Origin: Octopus sinensis
Taxonomy: Eukaryota
Direction of reading: 5' to 3'
Length of the DNA: 64,000 bases
Assembly (NCBI RefSeq): GCF_006345805.1
Contig: NC_043001.1
Coordinates: forward strand, 130,448,001 to 130,512,000
Below, piece after piece: positions 38,160 through 52,016 of the stretch. Below the pieces are notes generated by a model. That model saw only the letters and a program-made list of their open reading frames with translations, was not told the DNA's origin and ran no database searches. Both the position numbers and the translations under genes were made by a program. Position 1 is the stretch's first letter, and each line of letters begins with the position of its first letter.

Positions 38160-38360
38160 ATTAATAGTTATCGCCAAGTTAACATGGCAGTCCAGAAAGA
38201 TAAGATGAATGCTGCCATTGATTAGCTACAACAGGCCATTTCTTCTAGCTAGCTCTGTGACACACAAACCTGTGTCCATTACAACCAGTTCGAGCTAATC
38301 AACGGCAGCATTCGTCCTATTTTTCTGGACTACCATGTTAGCATGGTGATAACTATTAAT
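38160..38360. repeat. Fold-back hairpin element, about 70-bp imperfect arms
   Basis: attaatagttatcgcca...ttgattagct / agctaatcaa...tggtgataactattaat. Confidence 0.85.
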
Positions 38361-38582
38361 ATGTATATATATGTTTGTATGTGTGTGTGTGTGTATACAT
38401 ATGTGTGTGTGTATGTATATATATATAACATATATATATATGTGTATGTATATGTAAGCCTACCTAAGCAGCTGTTTCTTTGTTGCTGTACTACATACAC
38501 CACCATGTCACAGTTTATGACTACTTTACAAAAACACCTCATAACCACAAAAAATATCACAACAAAACCTGGCACAACATAG

Positions 38583-39001
38583 TTACTCTTTTACTCTTTT
38601 ACTTGTTTCAGTCATTTGACTGCGGCCATGCTGGAGCACCACCTTTAATCGAGCAACTCGCCCCAGGGACTTATTCTTTTTGTAAGCCCAGTACTTATTA
38701 TTCTATCGGTCTATTTTGCCGAACCGCTAAGTAACGGGGGACGTTAAACACACCAGCATCGGTTGTCAAGCAATGCTAGAGGACAAACACAGACACACAA
38801 AATATACACACACACATACATATATATATACATATATACGACAGGCTTCTTACAGTTTCTGTCTACCAAATCCACTCACAAGGCTCTGGTCGGCCTGAGG
38901 CTATAGTAGAAGACATTTGCCCAAGATGCCATGCAGTGGAACTGAACCCGGAACCATGTGGTTTGTTAGTAAGCAACTTACCACACAGCCACTCCTGTGC
39001 C
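38583..39001 (-). mobile_element. SINE family 1
   Basis: Reverse-complement full-length homology. Confidence 0.9.
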
Positions 39002-39879
39002 TATGTTGTGCAAGTTTCAACGATTTATATAAGCAAAAGAATGTCACATCAAAACACATGTAATAATAATAAGACATATCACAGGAAAAACTATGCTACA
39101 TTCAGTTAAGAATTGTGTCACAATAAATGAACATGTCACAACAGAAAACCTGTTACATAAAAAGACATGTCCAGAACAAAGCATATCACTGTAATGTGTA
39201 CATTATAGGTTACACAACATTCAAATAGCAAAATCCACTGATGTACAAACAAGTTCCACATATGGTATGAGACATGCAAACCTTCTCCAGAACTTTATCA
39301 ACATCAAGCAGAACTGTAAACCAGCCTATAGACTCTCTTGCTCTACAAAACCCGGTAAAACCAGAATAATTCCAGATTTGATTAAATTTCTTTGTTTCTG
39401 TGGTATTTCTCTTTTTGTGCTTTCATAGAAAAAAAAAATTAGTAGATAAAATAAAATGAAATAAGCTGGTAGAAATTCATTTCAAATAAAATTCCAATTC
39501 CAAAGAAATTGATTGATGATTCATTAAAAATTGGTAATGCAGGAAGACTTACTTTGGAATAATAAAAAGAAATGAAAAATTATTATATAAAAAAAAAATT
39601 ATAATGAATCACTATTTAAATTAATAAATTTAGCTAGATTTTTAATAGTATTTGAAATTGACTACGCAAATTAGGATTCTTCTTTTTTCTTTTATTGTAA
39701 ATTCTATAATGTAATAATTTCATTATGATATATCTAAAAATATTACGAAACAATAAGGAAACCTCTATGTGGATGCTATACTCATGCTATCAATAAAAGG
39801 GTTTGTTAAACCAGAAATATCAGACGATATGTCTTTTGCTAGTTGCAACCTTTATGACGCTTGCCCCACATATTCTAGA

Positions 39880-40060
39880 TGTTCTTTGAAAATTAGGTTG
39901 TTTGAGTCCACAGTAGAGTCAGTTTTGCTATACGGTGCCAAAACTTGGATCCTCACCAAAAAGCTTGAAAAACAAAGACGGCTGCTACACAAGTATGTTA
40001 AGAATGGCTTTGAAAGTTTTGCGGAGAGCTCATTTAACCAATGAACAGCTTTATCAAGAT
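39880..40060 (+). pseudogene. RTE-like LINE ORF fragment downstream of RT
   Basis: LKIRLFESTVESVLLYGAKTWILTKKLEK matches the non-LTR LLYG.E.W motif; frameshifted. Confidence 0.75.
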
Positions 40061-40168
40061 CTCCCCAAAGAGACAGACAGGCAGACAAACCTGCCATAAG
40101 TCTTCATTTCCACACACACCAGCTAAATTCAATTTGTCCCCAGTCGAAAGACACCTGTTGTTATGTCC

Positions 40169-40208
<40 letters not shown>

Positions 40209-41047
40209 TCTATTGTATTTTGTATTTATATCTGTGTAACATCGTCTGTTTTCCCAGTCCTTGTTTTCGTATACATTTGATGCTTTCTTCCAAGGAATCT
40301 AATGCTCTTAGCTTAGTTTTTCTTTGGGGCTGGCCAGATTGGAGCAATCTCAAGGTTAATCAGCCAAAATTGCAAGGATGATCCAGTTCTTGACTGAGGA
40401 TAGAAAGTGTCGAATGACTCATCCAAGCTTGTCCTATGGCTTGCTTGGTTCTTGTAGCATGACTCTGATCCTCATATGAGCTATTGTAACTTCAAACTCA
40501 TCAAACATGAAAAGCAGTCTATTAAGAGTCTTAGTGTGGTTTACAAGTTTGCATTCATCACAGTGAACGAGGGCTGTAAGTGCACACATATGTAGTTACC
40601 ATCTCACAAACTCCACGCACAAGATATTAAGACAGTCAAAGTCATATGTAAAAAGCATTTTGCCAGTAAACCACATTGTAGGGTCAGAGTAATAATCCCA
40701 TACTTGTAATGCAAGCTGATACATATTCCATATACTAATGCAATTAATAGTATTAATTATTGGGTCATTTGGGAAAAAAAACATATATTCACCTAAAGTG
40801 ATAAAGCCTATCAATTTTGAAGTGGTAGGGAGTGGAGAACAAGGGCTGTAATGGTTGTGCTTTTTGCTAGGGCATGAGTTGTATAAGTAAAAGCAGTATA
40901 CTTGTAACAGAAAATTGAAACAGGCTTCCAGACATGAATTTTTACAAGATTAGCTTATCTAACATTTGCCATTTATGTTAACACATGCACATACATTTAC
41001 CTACACATGTACATACACATGCACTTATATTATCACATATATACCCA

Positions 41048-41098
<51 letters not shown>

Positions 41099-41223
41099 GA
41101 CATATTCACAGAAAATATGCATTTTAAAATCATGCCAGAATATAGATATGTATATTAATCACATAGATCATAGAATGTGTGTGTGTATGTATGTTCCCAC
41201 ATGCATGTACAAAAAATGCATGC

Positions 41224-41261
<38 letters not shown>

Positions 41262-41607
41262 TATTATATATATATATATATATAAATATATATACATATA
41301 TATATAATATAACATAACACGTAATTACACTCGGTAATTGAAAGATATGAACGTTTTAAAGGGGACAGCAATAAGAAATGGTAGATTGTTCTGTCAAAGG
41401 GATAATTACAACAATAGCAATTACTTAGGTGCTGTCAATAGAAATTAGATTTTTATAAAATTTTATAAATGGAAGGGACATCTTCAATTTTATATGATGA
41501 ATTGATGGGAAATTGAAAGTTAAAAGCATATTTAAGCAATTTGGGAAGGGCAATTGCTTACAGTATACTTATGTATGCTTGTGTGCATGATTGTGTGAGT
41601 GCATGTA

Positions 41608-41638
<31 letters not shown>

Positions 41639-41639
41639 A

Positions 41640-41670
<31 letters not shown>

Positions 41671-42021
41671 ATGTATATATGCATGTATACACATTTATTT
41701 AAACGCATTTTTATGCATTTATGTATGTACATTTATATGTAAGTATGTTTTAAAAAATATATATACATATATATATACGTGCACTAGAAAATGTAATTTA
41801 TCTATGTAAATATATATATATATATAAATATATATATATGCATAAATTGATACATGCTCATATATGTGTGTATATTATATGCATATATATATTTTTTTGT
41901 ATGTATATATACATATATATATATATTTGTATACATATACATATATATATATATATACTATATATATATATATATACATATTTGTATAATACATACTATA
42001 TATATATATATATATATTTGT

Positions 42022-42067
<46 letters not shown>

Positions 42068-42173
42068 TATATTTATATATAATATTATATGCATATATGC
42101 ACAAATATAGACAAGCAAAAATAAATAGGAAAAATACAGATAATCTGTCAAATGTGTATGTGTGTGTGAGTGA

Positions 42174-42210
<37 letters not shown>

Positions 42211-42846
42211 AGTATGCATTGTGTATGAACATGTGTGCTGGTATGTGTGTGCATGTGAACATGAGCTATATGTGCATGGTTCTCTTTAAAATTTTTGAGG
42301 TAATTAAGTAGTTAAAATTGAAATAGAAAAATAAATATGTCTTGTTATAAGGTAATTTATCAATTTATGGTATATAGTCATTATGGAGAAACTGAAGATA
42401 GAACCATTCTCTTTCAACAAACTAGTATATCTGTCTATCTGGAGAGTTAACTACGCTACCGACCTACGTACCTACCTCCCTTCCTACATACATACATATT
42501 ATATGTGGTGTCTGTGTGTGTGTGGAGAGAGAGAGAGAGAGAAAGGGAGTGGGGTAAATACATAGATACTTTTCTGTCACGTGTATAGCACTTAAATAAA
42601 AACTGACATATCTGTGCACACATAAATACTGACATGTATATGCACATCTGTCTGTCTGACTGCCTGTCTGTATATAATGCATTTGTCTATGTGTGTGTGT
42701 GTGGGGGGGGTGAATGGGTACAAATTTACATTTATGAATGCTACCATCATAACCACAAGCACCACAACCACCGACGTTATTTTTATGTCTGCTTTTTCCG
42801 TGCTGGTTTGTGTTGGACAAGTTTTCTAGAAACAGTATTCAGTATT

Positions 42847-43256
42847 CAGGAGTTGCTGTGTGGTAAGTAGCTTGCTAACCAACCACATGGTTCCGGGTTC
42901 AGTCCCACTGCGTGGCATTTTGGGCAAGTGTCTTCTGCTATAGCCCCGGGCCGACCAATGCCTTGTGAGTGGATTTGGCGGACGGAAACTGAAAGAAGCC
43001 TGTCGTATATATGTATATATTTATATATATGTATGTGTGTGTGTGTTTGTGTGTCTGTGTTTGTCCCCCTAGCATTGCTTGACAACCAATGCTGGTATGT
43101 TTACGTCCCTGTTACTTAGTAGTTCAACAAAAGAGACCGATAGAATAAGTACTGGGCTTACAAAGAATAAGACCCGGGGTCGATTTGCTGGACTAAAGGC
43201 GGTGCTCCAGCATGGCCGCAGTCAAATGACTGAAACAAGTAAAAGCGTAAAAGAGT
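42847..43256 (+). mobile_element. SINE family 1
   Basis: Full-length homology. Confidence 0.9.
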
Positions 43257-43481
43257 AGTCACTTTACATAACTGTATTTAACCAATCAGTCAATCATTCA
43301 ATCAATCATCAATCAATCAATCCATCCATCTTTACATATGTACAGTATCTATGTGTAATATCAAAGTTGTTCATTTTGGAAGTGTGTAGTGTAAAGCTTA
43401 CTACAGGTACAGGAAGGATTCTATCATTACCCACTTAACATATTATCTCGTATATTTTTCTTGGGGGATATCTAGTAAATA

Positions 43482-44525
43482 TACATGGTCTGATCAATAA
43501 GTATCAGGACTGTTGCTGTAGTAACGAAGCTAAAGTATACAGAGTAAAGCTGCCAGGCAAAGATTGTCCTGGAACTCTGCTGTGCTTGCGCACTAAATTT
43601 TAACATTCTAGCTCACTTCTGCTCTTTACAGCAGTGCTTGGGAGAAAGATGTGTAGCGTGTAATTGTTGCCTTGACCATGGCAGAGAAAGTCGAGCTGAA
43701 AATCATCATCATCATCATCATCACCGTTTAACGTCCGTTTTCCGCGCTAGCATGGGTTGGACGGTTCGACCGGGGTCTGGGAAGCCAGGGGCTGCACCAA
43801 GCTCCAGTCTGATCTGGCAGTGTTTCTACAGCTGAATGCCCTTCCTAACGCCAACCACTCCGCGAGTGTAGTAAATCCGCATCAAATTTTGTCAAAGGCT
43901 TGGTGATACCTGCTCAGAGGTCTATGCAAAGTTTTCAAAAAGTTTTCATCGTTCTCAACACAATCAGGGAAATCTTGTGCATCTAAAACTCAAGTCTCAT
44001 TTTGGTCAGCTGAAAGCAGTTTTGGCACAAACTTGGCAGACACATGTCTCATACCCAAATCTTCCTTGATAATGGACTAAACTGAACTATAACTAATCTG
44101 CCCAATCTCTGATAACTCACTGATTGGTGATTCAATGATTTTCCTTCACAGCTGCATGCACATCTGTGATGTTTTTTCTCAGTTCTGCTGGCTGCAGGTC
44201 TCCCAGAACATTCGTCAATATCAACGTTTTTTGGCCACTTTGGAAACGTGTGAACCACTCATACACATGTGCATCATTCATACACTCCTCTCCATACATT
44301 TTCTGCAGCTTTGCTTAGGCCTCTGAGCAGGTATCGCCATGACAACTTTCTCTCTCAAGGTCAATACAATGATCACACACTACACACCTTCCTTCAAAGC
44401 ATTGCTATAAACAGTGGAAGTGAGCTAGAACGTTAAAACTTAGTGCACACGCACAGCAGAGTTCAAGCAGAGTGAAGCTATGCCAAGCAGCTTCGTTAAT
44501 ATGGTAACAGACCTCGAATATTTAA
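43482..44525. mobile_element. Mariner-derived element with two inverted 5' ends, decayed transposase, and a family-3 SINE insert (43704-43873)
   Basis: Plus strand MAEKVELKI..IKFCQRLGDTCSEVYAK; minus strand (frameshifted) AKLQKMYGEE, DECSGRPAASRT, EDLGMRHVSAKFVPKLL; 43510-43680 is inversely homologous to 44345-44510. Confidence 0.8.
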
Positions 44526-45049
44526 ATAAAAGTATATGTTCACTGTACTCTAAGGTATGTGTCGCTTTTTTCTAACCCAAAATACTTCGTTGATGATGTT
44601 ATTCCTGTTTTCTGTCATTAACTATCAGTAACTACCATTTCTATAAGTATTTTCATAATAAATCATAACTGAGCCAATTTAATTTGTAAACATTTTCTTC
44701 ATTATATACAGATTCAAAATAAATAATAAAAAAATACACTTTTTGCATGGAAATTGAATTTAAAAATGTATGTTAAGAGGTTAAGTTCACTGCTGGACTA
44801 TTTGGTCAAGGGTTCCTTTCTAGTGTGTGAGCACTGTTGGCTGCTATCTTCTGCTAAAACTCCAGGTTTTTCTAGCAGGGTTCTTTATTTTCACACCTGG
44901 TCGTGGGGAAATACTATATTGCTTGGAAACAGGTGAAATGTTGTATTGTGGTAACTGGCTAATATCAACAGTGTATATATTTTAAGTATGTTACATAGAT
45001 AGCAATTTTAATCTAATACAGCCTTACTTACTTATACAAGATGCATCTT

Positions 45050-45400
45050 TTATCTTTTTCTTGTTTCAGTCATATGACTGTGGCCATGCTGGTGCAGTGC
45101 CGTGAAGAATTTCAATGAACTGAATCGACCCCAGTACATATTTTTCTCCCTTTTACAGCCTGGTACTCATTTTATCAGTCCCTTTTGCTGGACCACCAGG
45201 TTATGGGGATGTAAACACACCAACACCACTTATCAAGAGGTGGTGAGGAACAGACATAAACAAAAATACATACAAACACACACACACACAATCGACTTCT
45301 TTCAGTTTCCATCTACCAAATCCACTCACAAGGCTTTGGCTGACCTGTGGCTATAGTAGAAGACATGCTGAAGGTGCCATGCAACGGGACAGAACCTGAA
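45050..45400 (-). mobile_element. Degenerate SINE family 1
   Basis: Reverse-complement homology. Confidence 0.78.
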
Positions 45401-45573
45401 AAAGATCTCAAAATATGTGTAATATACCTATACTCATATTTTGAGCTCCAGTTTTTGTGTTTGCATCAACATACCTGTTCTTTGCGCCTACATCTTGACG
45501 ACCTCTATCGACAAACTCAAAAGCCAGCATGGAGAATTACTGCCACACATACACACACACACACACACACAGA

Positions 45574-45900
45574 TAAAGAAAACAGAAAATGGAGAAATAC
45601 TGATACACAGCAATTGACTTACATCAATTATTATTCATTAATTCAATACAAATAGACTGTATTGAATTAATAAATAATGATTGATGTAAGTCAATTGTTG
45701 TTCGTCAATATTTCTCCATTTTCTGTCTTCTTTAAATTTTGGTTCTTCATAAACTCATGTTTATCCTTGCCTTTACCTTTAATTTATGACCTTAATATGC
45801 TTGCATCTGTATGCCCATGGTTAAACATAGGTAATATACCAGTAATGTAATGGATACTTCTATCCCTTAGATGGTTATTTTAACCTCTAACTCAGCTAAG
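45574..45900. mobile_element. Fold-back element (hairpin 45574-45734) related to 60661-60920
   Basis: About 78-bp arms beginning aaaatggagaaatac; similar downstream block. Confidence 0.7.
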
Positions 45901-45930
45901 AGCTACACACACACACACATATATATATAT

Positions 45931-46085
45931 AGCAAGGAAAAATTGTAAAAAGGCAGAATGCTAAATTGAAAGAAAATTTAAATGAAAATGGGTGTATGGA
46001 AAAAGTTTTTGAAAAATTGATATACCCATTTCATTAAAATTTTCTTTCAATTTAGCATTCTGCCTTTTTACAATTTTTCCTTGCT
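45931..46085. repeat. Hairpin with about 65-bp near-perfect arms
   Basis: agcaaggaaaaattgtaaaaaggcagaatgctaaattgaaagaaaatt / aattttctttcaatttagcattctgcctttttacaatttttccttgct. Confidence 0.9.
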
Positions 46086-46142
46086 TATCATTTCTCCACG
46101 TGCGGTCAACACAACCACACCATTTATGGATATATATATATA

Positions 46143-46909
46143 TAGGTGCAGTAGTGGCTGTGTGGTAAGTCAGTCTTGACTGCCCTAACCAACCAAAAGA
46201 GTAAAGAGTGTATATATATATATATATATGGAATCTTGGGTCAAGTGTCTTCTGGTATAGCCCCGGGAGGACCAATGCCTTGTGAGTGGATTTGGTAGAC
46301 GGAAATTGCCCCTCAGAAAGAACATGTATTCCAATATATGTAAAATATATATATATTCTAATACTATGTTTGTGTGGTTTTTGTGACCTAGCTGACTGAC
46401 AACCGATGCTATTGTGTTTGCCCATCCCGCCACCACAAGTTCAGCAAAGCAGGACTCGAAGAATAAGAACTGACTACATACAAAGAATCGTTCCGGGTCG
46501 ATTTTCCTAGACTAAAGGCGGTACTCCAGCATGGCGCCAGTCAAATGAATAGAAACAGTAAAAGAGTAAAGAGCTGTAAATATAAAATTATATTAAAGGA
46601 AGTTAACGGGGCGCCGCTGCGTGCCATAGAGTCATATTGGTATGGCACCTTGCAAGTGCTTGGGTTTCAGAGGCAGCTCTTGTCATCCTCCCAATACTTG
46701 AGTCTGGTGAGTTTGGGTATAAACTTTAAAAGGACTTTCTTTTGGTGGGAAAACCAATGGTACCTACTATAGACTGAGCCACAAACTTTGTAATTCCTAT
46801 CAAAAATTACAGTACTGGCCTAAGCTTTAAACATGCTTTTTGTGAGGGTATATGGCCTACTGACATATAATATATATATATTACATATATATATATATTG
46901 TTTATCTAC

Positions 46910-46941
<32 letters not shown>

Positions 46942-47128
46942 ACTTTATTTGTTTCAGTCACTTGACTGCAGCCCATGCAGGAGAACAGCCTTTAGTTGAA
47001 CAAATCGACCCCAGGACTTATTCTTTGTAAACCTAGTACTTATTCTGTCAGGGTATTGGGGGTACAGACACAAGCATACAAACACACACACATACATACA
47101 TACATACATACATACATACATACATACA

Positions 47129-47206
<78 letters not shown>

Positions 47207-47358
47207 GATGGGCTCCTTTCTGTCTGCCAAATCCACTCACAAATCTTTGGTCAACCCAAGGCTATAGTAGAAGACACTTGCCCAAGGTTCTATGCAGTGG
47301 GACTGAACCCAGAACCATGTGGAATGTAAGCAAGCTACTCACCACACAGCCACTCCTG
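46143..47358. mobile_element. Scrambled plus-strand SINE-1 (46143-46575) and deleted minus-strand SINE-1 (46943-47358)
   Basis: Family-1 homology with dense indels, suggesting low consensus quality. Confidence 0.7.
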
Positions 47359-47392
47359 AGCTATATAAGTATATACATGTATAAATATTCAT

Positions 47393-47448
<56 letters not shown>

Positions 47449-47544
47449 TACTTTTCAGTTAAAATCAACAAAAAAAGAATTCTATTTAGTGAGAGTTAGT
47501 GTTTAGTGCACAACTATAAACATACATACCTACATACATATATA

Positions 47545-47770
47545 TATTTCTTCACTACCCACAAGGGGCTAAACACAGAGGGGACAAACAAGGACAGACA
47601 TAGGTATTAAGTCGATTACATCGACCCCAGTGTGTAACTGGTACTTTATTTATCGACCCCGAAAGGATGAAAGGCAAAGTCGACCTCGGCGGAATTTGAA
47701 CTCAGAACGTAGCGGCAGACGAAATACCGCTAAGCATTTCGCCCGGCGCGCTAACATTTCTGCCAGCTCA
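47545..47770 (-). mobile_element. SINE family 2
   Basis: Near-identical to 14033-14253 and 22604-22833. Confidence 0.9.
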
Positions 47771-48519
47771 TGTGTGTATATATACATACATATATATACA
47801 CACATGCATACACATGGACAAAATCAAACGTGTAGACTACACACACACACACATATCATATATAGATATAAATGAGTGTGTGTGTGTACAATAATGAAGT
47901 AATAACAGAAAGGAATGACAACTGAGCCTTTCCCTTTTTTTGACTGTTACCTCCCTCCATTCTTTATTGAATTCCCTTGTCTTCTATATCACTGTTCAAA
48001 TCATCAATACACCAATTATTTTTGTTATTTGGTTTTTATCTTTTCTATAACACTTACGCATCTAAGCTCTTCCGCGTGATTTATTATTTTTTTTCTCAAT
48101 TTGTCAATTACGAAATGGAAATTGACTTTTAGGAAGTAATAAACGATGATTCTGCAAAGTGTTTATATCTATACTGGCACCTATGAATGATAATAATACT
48201 TGCAGAATGAATGAAACTGCACTGGAACTGCAGTCGGAAGTGTAAGAATATATCTATCTGTGCATGGGAATACGAGTGTTGGTCTGTGTGTGTATGGGAG
48301 TGAATATGTGTGCAATGAGTGTTGTAAGTGTAGGTGTTGGTTTGTGTGTGAGTGAGTGCATATGAATGTATGTGAATCTGGGATGAATGTTTGTTGTGTG
48401 TAAAAGTGAGTGTGTATGAATATATGTGGGAATGAATGTGTTTGTGATTGTGTGAGTGTGTGTGTGTTGGTTTGTGGGTGTGTGTGAATGCATGTTTTGG
48501 AGTCCATGTGAGTATGTGT

Positions 48520-49830
48520 ATGTATTTATGTATGTCATTCAGTTTATTTCAAGATTTCTTGTCAATAAAGAAAGAGACAGTTTCTAAACTAGATCTAAGG
48601 TACCTTCATTGGAATCTCAACATCAACAACAGGGTATGCATGTATGTATGTATGTATGTACGTATGTATGTATGTATGTATGTATGTATGTATGTATGTA
48701 TGTATTCTCACGCATATAGTTGCATATATAGACATGCTCATATATATATTTAAATGATAAACTTCAGGAAAGTTTACAGACTTTTTTATGTATGTGTGTG
48801 TGTGTGTGTATGTATGTATGTAGGTATGTGTATATATATATGTATGCCATTATTCAGTTTTATTTCAAGATTTCTTACCAACAGAGAAAGAACTGTTTCG
48901 AACCTACTTCCAAGGCTCCTACATTCACATTTCAACATCACATCAACATGTACATCCGTATGTATGTATACATGCAGATTTGTATGTTTGTATTTATGTA
49001 TGTCTTCTCATGTATATACTTACATAGCTATACATGCTCATATATACTTAAATGATAAACTACTGTATGTATGTTATATCATCATCATCATCATCATCTC
49101 GTTTAACGTCCGTATCTCCATGCTAGCATGGGTTGGATGGTTCGACGACGGGGATCTGGGAAGCTATGAATGTAACCAGGCTCGGTCTTATCTGGCAATG
49201 TTTCTACAGCTGGATGCCCTTCCTAATGCCAACCACTCCGTGAGTGTAGTGGGAGCTTTTACGTGCCACGTGCCACGGATGCACGAGCCAGTCGAGGCGG
49301 CACTGGCTTGGCCACGATGTATGTATGTATGTATGTATGTATTTATGTATGTATGTATATATGTATGTATTTATGTATTCTCACATATAGTTGCATATCT
49401 AGACATGCTCATATTTATATTTAAATAAGAAACTTCAGGAAAGTTTTACAGACATTTTTATGTATGTGTTGTGTGTATGTATGTATGTATGTATGTATGT
49501 ATGTATGTATGTATGTATGTATGTATGTATGTATGTATGTATGTATGTATGCATGTGTGTATGTGTACATATATGTATGCCATTATTCAGTTTTATTTCA
49601 AGATTTCTTACCAACAGAGAAAGAACTGTTTCGAACCTACTTCCAAGGCTCCTACATTCACATTTCAACATGTACATCCGTATGTATGTATACATCCGTA
49701 TGTATGTATACATGCAGATTTGTATGTTCGTATTTATGTATGTCTTTCATGTATATACTTGCATATCTAGACATGCTTCATATATACTTAAATGATAAAA
49801 AGGTACTGTATGTATGTATGTATGTAGTAT
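48520..49830. repeat. Local duplicated/triplicated block around a family-3 SINE (49078-49318, minus)
   Basis: ttcagtt(t)tatttcaagatttctt at about 48538, 48853, 49586; 48700-49070 aligns with 49372-49810. Confidence 0.85.
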
Positions 49831-50440
49831 GTGTGTGGGTTGTATGGTATGAATGTATGTATGTACCGTATGTATGTATGTATGTATGTTGTATGTATGT
49901 ATATATGTAGGTATGTAGTGTATTTTGCGTGCCATGCATGTATGCCATCGATGTGCACTGGTCGGCATGTATGTATGTATGTATGTATGTATGTATGTAT
50001 GTATGTATGTATGTATGTATGTGTGTGTGTTGTATGTATGTATGTATGTATGTATGTATGTATGTATGTATGTATGTATGTATGTATGTATGTATGTATG
50101 TATGTATGTAGTATGTATGTATGTATGTATGTATTCACTTGTTTGTTTGACTGTTGTGCATCTGTGAATGCATGTGTCATTATGTGTGCAGAAGTGAACA
50201 TATATGAATGTGTGAGTGTATGTGTGTTGTTTATCTGCATGTGTGTGTGTGAGAGAGAATGTGTGTATATGAATGCATATGCATAAGTAGCTGATGCTAA
50301 GAAGGCCATCTAGTGAGAGAAAATAAGGCAAAACAAAGCTGACAAGTGAAATGTGGTCCTTCATTAGCCTAGGAGAGCAGAAACTCTGATGAACAATACA
50401 GCTTGAGTGGCTCAGGAGTGGCTCAGGAGTGGCTCGGGAG

Positions 50441-50606
50441 TGGCGTAGGAGTGGCTGTGTGGTAAGTAGCTTGCTAACCAGCCTCATGGTTCCGGGTTCA
50501 GTCCCACTGCGTGGCATCTTGGGCAAGTGTCTTCTGCTATAGCCCTGGGCCAACCAATGCCTTGTGAGTGGATTTGGTAGACGGAAACTGAAAGAAGCCT
50601 GTCGTA

Positions 50607-50651
<45 letters not shown>

Positions 50652-50870
50652 TTGTGTGTCTGTGTTTGTTCCCCTAGCATTGCTTGACAACCAATGCTGG
50701 TGTGTTTACGTCCCCGTCACTTAGCGGTTCGGCAACAAGAGACCGATAGAATAAGTACTGGGCTTACAAAAAGAATAAGTCCCGGGGTCGAGTTGCTCGA
50801 CTAAAGGCGGTGCTCCAGCATGGCCACAGTCAAATGACTGAAACAAGTAAAAGAGTAAAAGAGAGAGAGT
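50441..50870 (+). mobile_element. SINE family 1 with iterated 5' end (gagtggctcag units from 50405)
   Basis: Full-length homology. Confidence 0.92.
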
Positions 50871-51212
50871 ACTAGCATGTAAAAACGATGTATTATGATG
50901 ATGATGATGATGATAATGATGGGCGACCTGGTGAATGGACTGGCAGAATTGATAAAGTTATGAGATAAAATGTCTTGTGGTGTTTAGTTAAATCTTTTCG
51001 TGTTCTGAGTTCAAATCCTGTATAGATTAACTCAGCCTTTCTACCTTCCAGAGTTGATAAAATGAAGTACCAGTTAAGTACTGGAGTTGATTTATCAAAC
51101 TAAACTAAACCCTTGCCCGAAATTTTGTGGGTGCTGGTGCCACATAGAAAGGTGTGGGTAATGGTGCCACATGGAAAGCACACCCAGTACATTCTGTGGA
51201 GTGGTTGGCGCA

Positions 51213-51441
51213 TTAACCCTTTAGCATTTAATCCGGCCATATCCAGCCCAAATAATCCATCTGTTTTATGTTAAAACTGTCTGGATCCAACCTCTCACAC
51301 CTACCCTACAATGTCATTTTAAAAATATATAGCCACACCATTTAAATTTTGAAGCTGCAAAATAATATGTGATTAATTCAAAAACAGTATGGATAAATAA
51401 GCAATAAATTTCACAAAGAAATCTGAATGCTAAAGGGTTAA
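51213..51441 (+). mobile_element. piggyBac-like MITE inserted in a family-3 SINE (51130-51600)
   Basis: TTAAccctttagcatt...aatgctaaagggTTAA splits gagtggttggc from ggaagggcatcc. Confidence 0.85.
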
Positions 51442-51562
51442 GGAAGGGCATCCAGTTGTGGAAACCAAGCCAAAATAGATTATGGAACCGGGTGTGGCCC
51501 CTGGCCTTGCCAGTTCCTACCAAACCATCCAACCCATGCCAGCAAGGAAAGCAGACATTAAC

Positions 51563-51601
<39 letters not shown>

Positions 51602-52016
51602 CTATGTTAAACATCCTCATTATTAGAAACCTTTAGGCAAACTTTAAGTAGCCAATATAGCAAGCTACATGTCAGCCTAGTTAGCAACAATCGTCAAACG
51701 AGGCTGATGTTGCAAACTACAAATTTTCATTATGGTAATGGATTTCCTGATTTGTACTTCTGGGTTGAAGCCCTGCCAAAACTGACTTAATCTCTTAACA
51801 CTCTACAATCAATGAAATGGTAATCTACTTCTAGTATTCTTTGAGGAATAATCAAAAGTTTCATTCTAATTTTTAATCTGTGTCACACATACTTTACGTA
51901 TCAATCACAAAACCTGATGAAAACTCATCCCCAATAAATCACTTCAAGTTGTGGTAACAATGGGTATGACAACAGTCACCATGACAACAATTTTCATCAC
52001 TGTAGATAAAGAAGTG

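Noticed and set aside
46090-46990. Apparently novel rearranged SINE variant
   Set aside because: Dense scattered indels and misplaced fragments look like poor consensus sequence
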